Shown here one piece after another: positions 21,772-31,933 of a stretch of 64,000 nucleotides of DNA. The notes under the pieces are model-generated. The model ran no database searches and was not told the DNA's origin. It saw only the letters and a list, made by a program, of their open reading frames with translations. The position numbers and the translations under genes were made by a program. The stretch is from assembly GCA_965205605.1 (NCBI GenBank), contig CBDBHE010000008.1, positions 32,001 through 96,000 of the forward strand, read 5' to 3'. Numbering within the stretch: the stretch's first letter is position 1; each line of letters starts with the position of its first letter. This stretch comes from Spirochaetota bacterium. GTDB taxonomy: Bacteria > Spirochaetota > UBA12135 > COTS27 > CBDBHE01.

Positions 21772-22132
21772 TGCTATAATATTGCTCTTAAAATTATTCA
21801 AAATAATCAAAAAATTTTCTATTCAAAAATAGCCTTCTTTCATTCAAGATACTTTATTTATTATAAAGCCGTGAAAAAAAGAAATGACATCTAAATAAAA
21901 AATCTATTTCTTTTTATTATTTTTATCATTCTCCTATAACTAAAAAACAATTTGTTTTTTATTAAAAACAATCTTGATATAAATTCAATTGTTATATAAT
22001 AATAAATAAATTATAACTATTTAAATTCAAATATCTCCTAAACTTAAGATCATTATTTTTTCAATTCTTAAATGTCAACAAAAGAAAAATTAATGTTAAC
22101 TTACTTAAGTTTAATTTAAATAATAATGAATC

Positions 22133-24796
22133 ATGATTAAAAAAAATTTAGTAAAATGGGGGGAAATTTCTAATAAACACTGGAAGTGGATTTTAAGCTT
22201 TGCATTTATAATAACACTTATTGCACTTTTTGGTGCAATCAAAGTTAAACTTAATTTCTCAAATACAATTTTTTTTCCAAAAGATTCTTTACAATCAAAT
22301 CAATTAAAAAGCATTTATAATGAATTTTCAACTGCCTTCTCTATCTTTTTATTAGTAGAAGCTAATAATAAAAAAGAAACTATCGCAACAATTGACCTCA
22401 TTAGCAAAGAATTAAAAAAAAACGAAGATATTAAATTTATTATCGATAAAAAAAATATTGATTTTATTTATCAAAATTTTCTTCTTTTAATTGATGACAA
22501 ATCCTTTGATACCAATTTAAAACTGTTAAAAAATCCTTCCTTTAATAATCTTGTTGAGGTTTTTAATGAAAATATTAAAAAAAAAATTGAAGATAAAAGT
22601 ATTTTTAAAAATGAAGATCAAACAGTCCAAAATTTAAATAATCTCATTAAAATATTAGAAAATTTAATGAATTTTTTAGATCATAAACAATCCATTAATA
22701 CAGAGAATTTAGAAAAAAATCTCAAAAATATTTTTATAGGTCAAAATTATTTTTTAAATATAGATGAAAACAAAGGATTTCTTCTACTAATTCCTAAATA
22801 TTCCTCTTCTAACAGAGACTATCTTATAAACGGACTTGAAAAACTAGAGCAACAATTAAGTCAAATAAAACTTGCAAAAGGAGTCACTATAGGATTAACC
22901 GGTCCTCACATTAGAAACCGAGAAGGCGTTATTAGTGGCAATAAAAATATTAAATATTCATTTTTTATTTCTTTTATTTCAATTTTTTTCTTACTAATTT
23001 TTTCTCTTAGAATGAAATCTTCTCCAATTATTATTATGGGAACGCTTTTTATAGGATTTACTTGGACGATAGGAACGATTGGTTTTTTATACCAAACACT
23101 TAACGTTTTACATGGCATGGTGCTTGTTTCTCTTTCTGGTATTGGAATTGATTTTTCAGTCCACTTTATGATGTCTTATACCCAAGAACGTTTTAATCAC
23201 AAAAGAATCCATGAAGAGTCTTTAAATAAAAGCTTTTCAAAAACAGGAAAAGGCATCATTGGAGGAGCGATTACTTCTATTTTAGTTTTTTTAGTTTTTC
23301 AAATTTCTCGAATGGAATTTTTGAAAGATTTAGGAATTATTGCTGCTATTCACATTATTTCTCAAGTTTTAGCAATGTTTATAGTCCTTCCTTGCCTCAT
23401 TTGTTTGAAAAATAAAATGAAACAAAACAGCTCAGCTCAATCAAAATATTCAAAAATTTATTATTTTAAAATAACTAAATTTTGGATACAAATTTCTCGA
23501 TACCCCAAAAGGACTTTAGGGGTTATTCTTTTAATTATTTCTCTTCTATCTTTTGGGATTCCTTTTGTAAAACAAGTTGACAACCCACTTGATTTTTATC
23601 ACAAAAACCTTGCTTCCATTCAAGTGCAAGATAAATTAATCAAATACTTTAATCTTGCTCCAGAAGGATTGGTTATTCAATCTGATAGCATCAAAAACAC
23701 AAGAAAGCTTCATAATGCATTAATGGCTGTTTCAAATGTAAAAATGGTAAATTCTATTATTAATTTCTTACCATCTACTAAAACACAAAAAAAACGATTT
23801 TCTGAAATAAAAAAAATCAAAAAAAGAAAAGTTAGCTACTTTTTTTTAAAAGATCGAAGCAAAGTCACTAAAAATTTAAAAAACCTAGAAAAAACTTTGT
23901 TAAAAGCTTCTCTATTTGCACAAACCCATAAAAAGGAAGAAGTTGTGAAATTACTAAAAAAAATAGGGATTAACACTAACAGTCAAACTTCTAAAATCAG
24001 TCAATTAGTCAAAGCTTTAAAAAAGAAAAATACTAAAAATAAAATCATTTTAACAACTTTAAATCAAACAGTTGATAAATTTAAAAATCAAATTATTTCT
24101 GAAAAATTTATTACGATTGATAATATACCAGAAAATATCAAATATCAATTAGTTTCAACTGATCATAGTAAATTTTTATTAACCATATTTCCTTCTAAAA
24201 ATCCTTGGCCAAAAAAATTTAGAAAACAATTTATTGCTTCTGTTCATCAAATTTCCCAAAAAGCTACAGGTTTAATCCTCTTAGCAGAAGAGTACTATAA
24301 AGTTATTGGTGAAGACAGCTTCATGATTGTTCCCATTGCTTTCTTAATCGTCTTTTTTTATGTTTTAATAATCTTAAGACATTTCTACTTATCTATTTTT
24401 GCTATGGTTCCTGTTGTTTTATCATCTGTTAGTTTATTAGGCATCATGGGATTTTTTAAAATTCACTTTAACTTTATTAACCTTGTTTGTCTTCCTCTAA
24501 TAATAGGCATTGGGGTTGACTATAGCATTCATATTTGTGATCGATATTTAAAAGAAGGGAAAGGTCACCTAAATATTGTTATTAAAAATGTAGGCGAAGC
24601 AATTTTCCTTTCTGCTTTAACAACAGCCATTGGATTTTCTTCTATTATTCCATCGATTATGAAAGCTATTAGTAGCACAGGTATCGTTTTAACGATAGCT
24701 GTTTTGTTATGTTATTTATACACGATGGCGGTTTTACCAAATCTAATTAAAATAGGGGAAAAAAAACTCAATTGGAAAATAACTCCTAAGTACTAA
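22133..24796 (+). CDS. MMPL/RND-family exporter
   Basis: Two TM bundles with GIGIDFSVHF and GIGVDYSIHI motifs, two large soluble loops, LTGP and ATG motifs. Confidence 0.9.
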   Translation: MIKKNLVKWGEISNKHWKWILSFAFIITLIALFGAIKVKLNFSNTIFFPKDSLQSNQLKSIYNEFSTAFSIFLLVEANNKKETIATIDLISKELKKNEDIKFIIDKKNIDFIYQNFLLLIDDKSFDTNLKLLKNPSFNNLVEVFNENIKKKIEDKSIFKNEDQTVQNLNNLIKILENLMNFLDHKQSINTENLEKNLKNIFIGQNYFLNIDENKGFLLLIPKYSSSNRDYLINGLEKLEQQLSQIKLAKGVTIGLTGPHIRNREGVISGNKNIKYSFFISFISIFFLLIFSLRMKSSPIIIMGTLFIGFTWTIGTIGFLYQTLNVLHGMVLVSLSGIGIDFSVHFMMSYTQERFNHKRIHEESLNKSFSKTGKGIIGGAITSILVFLVFQISRMEFLKDLGIIAAIHIISQVLAMFIVLPCLICLKNKMKQNSSAQSKYSKIYYFKITKFWIQISRYPKRTLGVILLIISLLSFGIPFVKQVDNPLDFYHKNLASIQVQDKLIKYFNLAPEGLVIQSDSIKNTRKLHNALMAVSNVKMVNSIINFLPSTKTQKKRFSEIKKIKKRKVSYFFLKDRSKVTKNLKNLEKTLLKASLFAQTHKKEEVVKLLKKIGINTNSQTSKISQLVKALKKKNTKNKIILTTLNQTVDKFKNQIISEKFITIDNIPENIKYQLVSTDHSKFLLTIFPSKNPWPKKFRKQFIASVHQISQKATGLILLAEEYYKVIGEDSFMIVPIAFLIVFFYVLIILRHFYLSIFAMVPVVLSSVSLLGIMGFFKIHFNFINLVCLPLIIGIGVDYSIHICDRYLKEGKGHLNIVIKNVGEAIFLSALTTAIGFSSIIPSIMKAISSTGIVLTIAVLLCYLYTMAVLPNLIKIGEKKLNWKITPKY

Positions 24797-24809
24797 ATCC
24801 AATTAATGA

Positions 24810-25460
24810 ATGGCTTGCACCTATCCTGTTTTAATTGATTTAAAAGATCAAAAAATTTTAATTATAGGAGGAGGAAATACAGCTTTTCAAAAAACCACTA
24901 AGCTTTTAAAAACTCATTGCTATCTTACGATTATTAGTCCTTCTATTTCAATTCAATTTCAATCTATTTTGCCTAAAATTAATTATCTTTCAAAAAAGGC
25001 TACTTTAAAAGATATTAAAAAAGATTACAAACTTATATTTGCTTGTACAAATGATGTTGTATTTAATGAAAAAGTAGCTCAATATGCAAAAAAACAAAAT
25101 CTTTTAATTAATAATAGTAGTCAAAAAAAAAATTCCAACTTCCATAACGCCATTACAATTGAACAAACCCCTCTTTTAATATCAATTTATTCAAGTGGAT
25201 TCCCTTTTTTTTCAAAATATCTAAAAAAAATTATTGAAAACCAATTTTTTCCAAAGTATGCTTTGTTAGCTAAATTTCTCTATCCCTATGGAGAAAGGCT
25301 TAAAAACAATTCATACCAAAAAGTTGATTTTTTTTTAAAAAAAATTTCAAAAACTAAAATAAAAAGATTACTACTTAAATATCAAAAGTATAAACAAAAA
25401 TCTATTTTAAAAAAATGTATTAAAATTACTGAAAAAACACTTAAAAAATGCATCCAGTAA
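24810..25460 (+). CDS. Precorrin-2 dehydrogenase (SirC / CysG N-terminal type)
   Basis: YPVLIDL..KILIIGGG.TA..K, IFACTND, LINNSS. Confidence 0.82.
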   Translation: MACTYPVLIDLKDQKILIIGGGNTAFQKTTKLLKTHCYLTIISPSISIQFQSILPKINYLSKKATLKDIKKDYKLIFACTNDVVFNEKVAQYAKKQNLLINNSSQKKNSNFHNAITIEQTPLLISIYSSGFPFFSKYLKKIIENQFFPKYALLAKFLYPYGERLKNNSYQKVDFFLKKISKTKIKRLLLKYQKYKQKSILKKCIKITEKTLKKCIQ

Positions 25461-26977
25461 AATGTTTTTTAGTAGGAGCTGGTCCAGGTGATATTGGTCT
25501 ACTAACCCTTAAAGCTTTTAACCTATTAAAAAAAGCCAATGTTGTTGTTTATGACAACCTTATTCCCAAAGAAGCTCTTTCTTTTTGCCCAAAAAATTCA
25601 AAAAAAATCTATGTTGGAAAAACAAGAAGTAAAAAAGATCCAAAACAAAAAACGATCAACAATATCCTCATTAAAGAATGTTTACTTGCAAAAAACAAAA
25701 TTCTTTTAAAATCAAAAAAAACATTTTACATTATTCGTCTTAAAGGAGGCGATCCTTTTATTTTTGGAAGAGGTTATGAGGAAATAAATGCCTTAAAAGA
25801 AAATAAAATTCCTTTTGAAATTATTCCTGGTATTTCTTCTTTTTATGCTGTTTCCACTTACGCAGGTATTCCTCTCACCCTAAGGGAATCTTCTAGAAGT
25901 TTTTCTGTTATGACAGGTCACTTTAAAAAAGAGGATAACAACAAAGATATGCTTATTTCTTCGACAGACACGGTTATTTATTTAATGGGTATTAAAAATA
26001 TCAAAAAAATTATTGAAAAAAACATCAAAGCCAATAAGCCTTTAGATACTCCCATTGCTATTATTGAAAATGGCTGTACTTTAAAACAAAAAACAACTGT
26101 TTCAACCCTGGGAAACATAAAAGAACAATTAAAAAATAAACAATTAAAATTAGGACATCCAGGTCTTATTATTATGGGTGATGTTGTTAAATGTCGTAAT
26201 ACAATGAACTGGTATGAAAAAAAACCTCTTTTTGGAAAAAATATTGTGATAACAAGAAACCTTGAAGAACTCCCTGCTTTGAATGCTTCTTTAACTAATT
26301 TTGGAGCAAATGTAACTTGTTTACCCGTTATTTCAAATGACTCTTATCAAAAAAAAGAAAAATTTCTTATTGAAAAATTAAAAGAAAATCATCAAAAAAT
26401 GATTATTTTTACTTCTTCTAGAGCGGTTAATCGTTTTTTTGAAACATTAAAAAAAAATAAAAAAGATATTAGAATCTTATATAAGAGTCAAATTATTTCC
26501 ATTGGCAAAGAAACAACCAAAACAATCAAAAAGTATCATCTTAATATTGATCTTAAATCTAAAAATTCTTCTCAAGAAGGTATTGTAACTCTTTTAAAAA
26601 AACAAAGCAATCTAAACAAGGTTGAAATCATCCTTCCAAGAGCTTTGGAATCTAGAAAAGTTTTAGAGGCATTTTTAAAAGAAAAAAAAATACCTTATAG
26701 CCTTATTCCTCTTTACAAAACAACCGCTAACCGAGTTGATTTAAAGCAAATACACCACTCTGATGCTATTTTATTTGCTTCTCCAAGTGCCGTTAATTCA
26801 TTTTTTAGTCAATATAAAAAAACTAAAATAAAACAACCAAATCCTATTTTTGTTTGTATTGGCCCTATTACAAGAAAAGAAGTGGAAAAATGGGGTTACC
26901 CATCAAAATCCCTTAGAGACAAACCAAGCTTTGAAAATTTAGCAAAATTGGTCGTAAATCTATTATCTAATTCTTGA
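25448..26977 (+). CDS. cobA: Uroporphyrinogen-III C-methyltransferase / synthase fusion (CobA-HemD)
   Basis: LVGAGPGDIGLLTLKA, RLKGGDPFIFGRG, then KPLFGKNIVITR, IFTSSRAV, FASPSAV, CIGPIT (HemD). Confidence 0.93.
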   Translation: MHPVKCFLVGAGPGDIGLLTLKAFNLLKKANVVVYDNLIPKEALSFCPKNSKKIYVGKTRSKKDPKQKTINNILIKECLLAKNKILLKSKKTFYIIRLKGGDPFIFGRGYEEINALKENKIPFEIIPGISSFYAVSTYAGIPLTLRESSRSFSVMTGHFKKEDNNKDMLISSTDTVIYLMGIKNIKKIIEKNIKANKPLDTPIAIIENGCTLKQKTTVSTLGNIKEQLKNKQLKLGHPGLIIMGDVVKCRNTMNWYEKKPLFGKNIVITRNLEELPALNASLTNFGANVTCLPVISNDSYQKKEKFLIEKLKENHQKMIIFTSSRAVNRFFETLKKNKKDIRILYKSQIISIGKETTKTIKKYHLNIDLKSKNSSQEGIVTLLKKQSNLNKVEIILPRALESRKVLEAFLKEKKIPYSLIPLYKTTANRVDLKQIHHSDAILFASPSAVNSFFSQYKKTKIKQPNPIFVCIGPITRKEVEKWGYPSKSLRDKPSFENLAKLVVNLLSNS

Positions 26978-26989
26978 TTCTATAAATAT

Positions 26990-27889
26990 TTATATTCCTA
27001 TATAAGCAGCTCCAAAAACTCCTGCACTATCTCCTAATTGATTGGAAACAATAGAAGTTTTACAGCTATCTGAAAAAACATATTTTTTAACATGCTCAAC
27101 TCCTAAGGTGTACAATTCTTTTACTTGAGAAACCCCCCCTCCAATAACAATCAAATCTGGATCTAAAAGATTGATCACATTAGCTAAAGCTCTAGCAAAA
27201 TAATCTAAGTAGATTTCCATAAATTCCAAACAATGGGTGTCTTTGTTACGAAAATTTTCAATAATTTGGGGAAAACTAAGAATCTTTTTATACTGATTTT
27301 CAAAAAGTTTACTCGCCCCATTTCCACTAAGGTAAACTTCCACACACCCTCTCTTCCCACAATAACATTTAGGGCCTTTTACTTCAAGCATCATGTGTCC
27401 CCATTCCCCAGCAATTCCCTCTTTTCCTTTATAAAGTTTTCCTTCATATACAATCCCCCCCCCACATCCAGTGCCTAAAACAATCCCAAAAACCATTTTT
27501 TGATTAATCCCTGAGCCATTTATCGCTTCTGCTAAAGTAAAACAATTAGCATCATTTTCAATAACAATTTTTTTTTCTAATAGTCCTTCTAAATCTTGTT
27601 TAAAAGGCTTGCCATTAAGACAAAGTGTGTTTGAATTTCGCAAATTTCCTGTTTCTAAAGAAATAGAACCTGGAGTACAAATTCCAAAAGAAGTCTCTTG
27701 AGAAGAAAAATCTTGAATTAATTCCTTATATAAAGAAAAAATCTGATTTAATAAATGATGATAACCTTTTGTTTGTTCTGTAGCGATTCTTTTTCTTTTA
27801 ATTTCTTTGCCTTCTTTATTAAGGACAATGCCTTCAATTTTGGTCCCACCTAAATCAATCCCTACTTGATATTTTTTTTTATGATGCAT
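26990..27889 (-). CDS. ROK-family sugar kinase (fructokinase Mak-like)
   Basis: GIDLGGTKIE, ENDANCF, LGTGCGGG, GEWGH..CYCG..GC, GDSAGVFGAA. No HTH. Confidence 0.9.
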   Translation of the reverse strand: MHHKKKYQVGIDLGGTKIEGIVLNKEGKEIKRKRIATEQTKGYHHLLNQIFSLYKELIQDFSSQETSFGICTPGSISLETGNLRNSNTLCLNGKPFKQDLEGLLEKKIVIENDANCFTLAEAINGSGINQKMVFGIVLGTGCGGGIVYEGKLYKGKEGIAGEWGHMMLEVKGPKCYCGKRGCVEVYLSGNGASKLFENQYKKILSFPQIIENFRNKDTHCLEFMEIYLDYFARALANVINLLDPDLIVIGGGVSQVKELYTLGVEHVKKYVFSDSCKTSIVSNQLGDSAGVFGAAYIGI

Positions 27890-27909
27890 ACAATGTAATT
27901 AATAAAAAG

Positions 27910-28494
27910 TTATTTCAACTTTTCTAGTATTTCCTTCCAATCAAAAATCTCCTTATTAAAAACAATTTTTATCAAAAATAAACTTCTTTTATCTTTTTTC
28001 TCATAGATTAATTGGTACTGATTTTTCCCTAAAAGAAAGTCAAAAAAATCACTTAAATCTTTTTTAACAAGATCAAAAGTTTCTTTTTCATTAGGAGCAA
28101 TTGCTCTATCATTTATTTGAAAAATAAGCTGTGATACATTAAATTCACATTTTTTAGAAAGAGTTTCAAAAAATTTGAAATCCAAAAATCTTTTTATAAA
28201 ATTTTTAAAAGTTGTTTTTAATTTTAAAACATTATCAGATTCACCTAAAAAACCATTTCTAAAATAAGAAAAAAAAAGAGCTTTTTCTTCAATTTCTTCG
28301 ATCGCATAGCTTTCGTGATGCCCTGCTAAAAATAATTTAACTCCCCCGTACACATGAGCATAGCTGACAACATCAACAAAAATTTCTGGACTATTTGGGA
28401 TCCAATGATTAAAACATTGATAAAAAAGATCTAAAGGGAGATCTTTAGATTTTTTAAAACCAATACTCCATTTGATTTTTTCTAAGAAATTCAT
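27910..28494 (-). CDS. Hypothetical protein downstream of sulfite/nitrite reductase
   Basis: 194-aa ORF, co-oriented, 32 bp downstream of the reductase. Motifs FNHWI, DVVSYAHV, GHH, INDR..APN. Confidence 0.75.
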   Translation of the reverse strand: MNFLEKIKWSIGFKKSKDLPLDLFYQCFNHWIPNSPEIFVDVVSYAHVYGGVKLFLAGHHESYAIEEIEEKALFFSYFRNGFLGESDNVLKLKTTFKNFIKRFLDFKFFETLSKKCEFNVSQLIFQINDRAIAPNEKETFDLVKKDLSDFFDFLLGKNQYQLIYEKKDKRSLFLIKIVFNKEIFDWKEILEKLK

Positions 28495-28526
28495 TGATTA
28501 ATATTTTATTTTTTAAAAAAAGATAT

Positions 28527-30833
28527 TTACTTAGAAACGACTTCTTTTTCACTTAGTCTAACATTACAAGCATGACAGGCTTCGATAAAAAGCTGTGCTT
28601 CGTGAATACGTTGAAAAGCTTTTTCTTGATCGAAAGCTTCATTTTTATTTTTATGAAAAGAAAAGTAATAATTAGCGAATTTATTCCCTGCAAAAGGATC
28701 TTGAAAAAAGTTAGTATCAATAAATCGAGTTTTAAATTCACTGACAACTTGATCATCGTGATCAGAAACATCAATGTCATAACTCTTAACTAAAGCTTGT
28801 GCTGCCAGCTTCATAGACTCATAAGCCATCATTCCTGCTTCTTGATAAGATTGCTGGTCAAGTTTAATTTGAGCATCAAAAATTTGTCTTTCTGCTTTTT
28901 GAAGTTCAAAGTCAGTCAGAGAAACAATTTCTCCAGCACATTCTCCAACTCCCTTATCAGAAACAGAATACTCTCTTACATCAGACCAATCAACATAATA
29001 AGATTTATTTTCCTCATATTCAGGGACTTGTGTTAAATAATCTAAATGTTTTTTAAGGTGTAATTTCCCAACTCTTTGAACATAATCTCGAAAGCTTTCA
29101 TGACGATCTTTTTTTTCATTTAAATACAAATCAGTGATTTGTTTGACAACTTGTGGAATTGCTTTTGAAGGAAAAGCCATCACACTAAGTCCATAATCAC
29201 TAATATTTGATTTTTGTTCACCTCCTAAAAGCATTTGAAAGTGAGGAACCACATAACCATTTTTTTTTCTACTAATGCCAAAAAAACCAATATCTGCTAT
29301 GTGGTGTTGAGCACAAGAATTAAAACAACCACTAATTTTTATTGAAAGACTTTTAATCGAATCATCCATCATAGCCATCTCCCTAGAAAGAGAGCTTGAA
29401 AGCTCAGAAGCAACTCCTCTAGAAGAAGCCGTACCCAGTTTACATGTGTCCGTTCCAGGACAAGCGGTAATGTCAACGATAGTTTTAAAAAAAGGTTTCG
29501 CTAAAGATTTTGCTTTAAGATATTTATAAATTTCAGGCAAGTCTTTTATAGATACCCATTGAATCAAAAGATTTTGATCCACAGTGGTGTACGCTAAAAT
29601 AGTTGGATACTTTCGTAAAAGATCTGCAAGAAAACGCATCTGTAAAGCACTTAAATCACCTAAAGGAGAGTAAATAATAAGGTTCACAAATCCTTTTTGC
29701 TTTTGTTCTTTTACATTAAACTGTAACCACTGATTATAATTGCTATCACTTGTATTTTTAGACAATAAATGATGTTCTTGTTTGACTTCTTTAATGGCTA
29801 AATCTTTTTGAGTCTTTGTTTTAAGATCTTCTAGAAAAGTAGCCCATTTAGAATCAGGAGATAATTTTTTCTTTTCTTTTAAAACTTCTTCTTTAAATTT
29901 ATCAATTCCGAAATCATTAATTAAAAACTTAATACGAGCTCTTGACCTAATTTTTTTTTCTCCATAACGAGCATAAACTCGACAAATGGCCTGTATGGTA
30001 GAAAAAATATCTTGTTGAACAACAAAATCATCAAAGAGTTTTGCCTTAAAAGGTATCGTTCCCAAACCACCCCCTACCCACACTTCAAAACCTTGTTTAA
30101 TCTCTTTGTCTGTTTTTTTTTCTTTAGCAATCAAACCCAAGTCATGAATATTTGCAAGAGCACAAGGATGATCTTTACAACCAGAAAGAGCTATTTTAAA
30201 TTTTCTACCAAAATTTTGAACATCAGGATGACCCAATAAAAAATTAAATATTGCTTCTGCATAAGGGATCGTATTAAAAGCTTCTGTTTTACAAGTGCCC
30301 GAATAAGGACAAGCCGTAACATTACGAACCGAATTACCACAAGCTTCCTTTGTTGTAATCCCTACCTCACCAAGACGCCGATACATAGAAGGTGTATTTT
30401 CAATATGAATAAAATGCAACTGAATATCTTGCCTTGTGGTGATATGAGAAATCCCATCAGAATATTCCTCTGAAAGATCAGCGAAAAGATCCATTTGTTT
30501 AGCATTAATAGCTCCATAAGGCAACTTAATTCTTTGCATTCCAGGAGCATCCCAAAGAGTCGTTGGGCCTTTTGTCAAATCTCTAGGATAGTTAATTTGC
30601 CTGTCTTGCTTACCATCATTTCTTTTGCCATTATCATAACGCTGACCATAAGCTCCCATACGAAGACGTATTTCTGCAAAAAGCTTCTCATCTGTTTTCC
30701 CTTCTTTTTTAAACTCTAAATCTTTTTCATAATCATCAATAAATTTTTTATATTTAGAGTCTATCTTATCAGCTGTTTTTTCTTTCCAAAACTCGCCCGA
30801 ATCATTTTTATTTGCTACTGTTTCTTTCATCAA
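28527..30833 (-). CDS. Siroheme-[4Fe-4S] sulfite/nitrite reductase with C-terminal HEPN-like extension
   Basis: HITTRQDIQLH, ACGNSVRN, RKFKIALSGC, TACPGTDTC, ISGCFNSCAQH. About 130-aa helical tail after GVGECAG. Confidence 0.92.
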   Translation of the reverse strand: MMKETVANKNDSGEFWKEKTADKIDSKYKKFIDDYEKDLEFKKEGKTDEKLFAEIRLRMGAYGQRYDNGKRNDGKQDRQINYPRDLTKGPTTLWDAPGMQRIKLPYGAINAKQMDLFADLSEEYSDGISHITTRQDIQLHFIHIENTPSMYRRLGEVGITTKEACGNSVRNVTACPYSGTCKTEAFNTIPYAEAIFNFLLGHPDVQNFGRKFKIALSGCKDHPCALANIHDLGLIAKEKKTDKEIKQGFEVWVGGGLGTIPFKAKLFDDFVVQQDIFSTIQAICRVYARYGEKKIRSRARIKFLINDFGIDKFKEEVLKEKKKLSPDSKWATFLEDLKTKTQKDLAIKEVKQEHHLLSKNTSDSNYNQWLQFNVKEQKQKGFVNLIIYSPLGDLSALQMRFLADLLRKYPTILAYTTVDQNLLIQWVSIKDLPEIYKYLKAKSLAKPFFKTIVDITACPGTDTCKLGTASSRGVASELSSSLSREMAMMDDSIKSLSIKISGCFNSCAQHHIADIGFFGISRKKNGYVVPHFQMLLGGEQKSNISDYGLSVMAFPSKAIPQVVKQITDLYLNEKKDRHESFRDYVQRVGKLHLKKHLDYLTQVPEYEENKSYYVDWSDVREYSVSDKGVGECAGEIVSLTDFELQKAERQIFDAQIKLDQQSYQEAGMMAYESMKLAAQALVKSYDIDVSDHDDQVVSEFKTRFIDTNFFQDPFAGNKFANYYFSFHKNKNEAFDQEKAFQRIHEAQLFIEACHACNVRLSEKEVVSK

Positions 30834-30916
30834 TATTACTTCCTAAGTAAAAGTTAAATCAAAAATTTAATTATTTTATCATAAAAAGAAAAGACTTTCT
30901 AATAAAACTAATTTGT

Positions 30917-31930
30917 TTAAAAGGTTAAACTTTTTTCTCGATTTTTTTTATCTAAAACATTTTTATAAAAATTAAAATATTTTAAAGCAATTTTTTCATG
31001 AGAAAAATTGCTTTCTACCCAATTTCGACAAGCTTTTGGTTTAATTTTATTTAAAAAATTAATTTTTTCAACCATCTGTTCTTCTGAAAAACAAACAAAA
31101 CCAGAAACTTGATCTTTTACCACTTCTTTCATAGCTCCATTATTTAAAACAAGACTTGCTGTCCCACAAGCATTGGCTTCAGCAGGGGCTAACCCAAAAG
31201 GTTCAAGCCATTTTGTTGGGTACAAAAGAGCTTTTGCTTTTCCTAAAAGTTGTCCTTTTTTTTCTCCCCAAACTTCACCTTCATAAGAAACAAAAGAAGG
31301 TAGCATTAATTGCTTGAAAAATGACAATCCATTCCCACAAATAATCAATTGATGACCACTCTTTTTTGCAACTCTCATTGCGATATCCAATCCTTTTACT
31401 TTCCAATTAAGTTTTGCCATGAAAATTAAATAATTTTCTTTTTTGGAAATAAAGGGAAACTCACTTAAATTAATAGGGTTATAAATCACCGTAAAATCTT
31501 GTTTTAAACCTAATGTTTCATAATTTTTTTTTTGAGAATGACTAATAAAAACAAGTGAAGCATTTTGAGGAAGTTTTTCTTGGTAACCATGAATCGTGCT
31601 TACAATAGGAACATTAGGAAAACAAGACACAGCATCTTCTATCCAATGTCCATGACCATGGATGAGGTCAATTTTATGAGATTTTATTTTATGAGCAATA
31701 TCTTTAAAATAATTGAGATAATCTTTTTTTTTTGCTCCTCTTTTAGCTTTTATTGCCGTTTCTATGACTTTCATTCCATCAAAAGTGTCACTTCCTTTCA
31801 CTCCTGAAATAAAAATATTTTTTATATGTTTTTTAAGCCCTAATGCTAAATTACAACACACTCTTTGTGAGCCTCCATACCCCAAAGGAGGGATTGGCAT
31901 TGAAATTGGAGACACCATAAGAACCTTCAT
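30917..31930 (-). CDS. Glycosyltransferase family 4
   Basis: PIPPLGYGG, STIHG, KGLD, WLEPFGLAPAEANACG. Confidence 0.92.
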   Translation of the reverse strand: MKVLMVSPISMPIPPLGYGGSQRVCCNLALGLKKHIKNIFISGVKGSDTFDGMKVIETAIKAKRGAKKKDYLNYFKDIAHKIKSHKIDLIHGHGHWIEDAVSCFPNVPIVSTIHGYQEKLPQNASLVFISHSQKKNYETLGLKQDFTVIYNPINLSEFPFISKKENYLIFMAKLNWKVKGLDIAMRVAKKSGHQLIICGNGLSFFKQLMLPSFVSYEGEVWGEKKGQLLGKAKALLYPTKWLEPFGLAPAEANACGTASLVLNNGAMKEVVKDQVSGFVCFSEEQMVEKINFLNKIKPKACRNWVESNFSHEKIALKYFNFYKNVLDKKNREKSLTF

Positions 31931-31933
31931 TTC

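Noticed and set aside
28527-28930. HEPN-MNT toxin-antitoxin or defence system
   Set aside because: The HEPN-like region is fused to a reductase and lacks an evident Rx4-6H motif. The downstream gene shows no nucleotidyltransferase GS..DxD motif.
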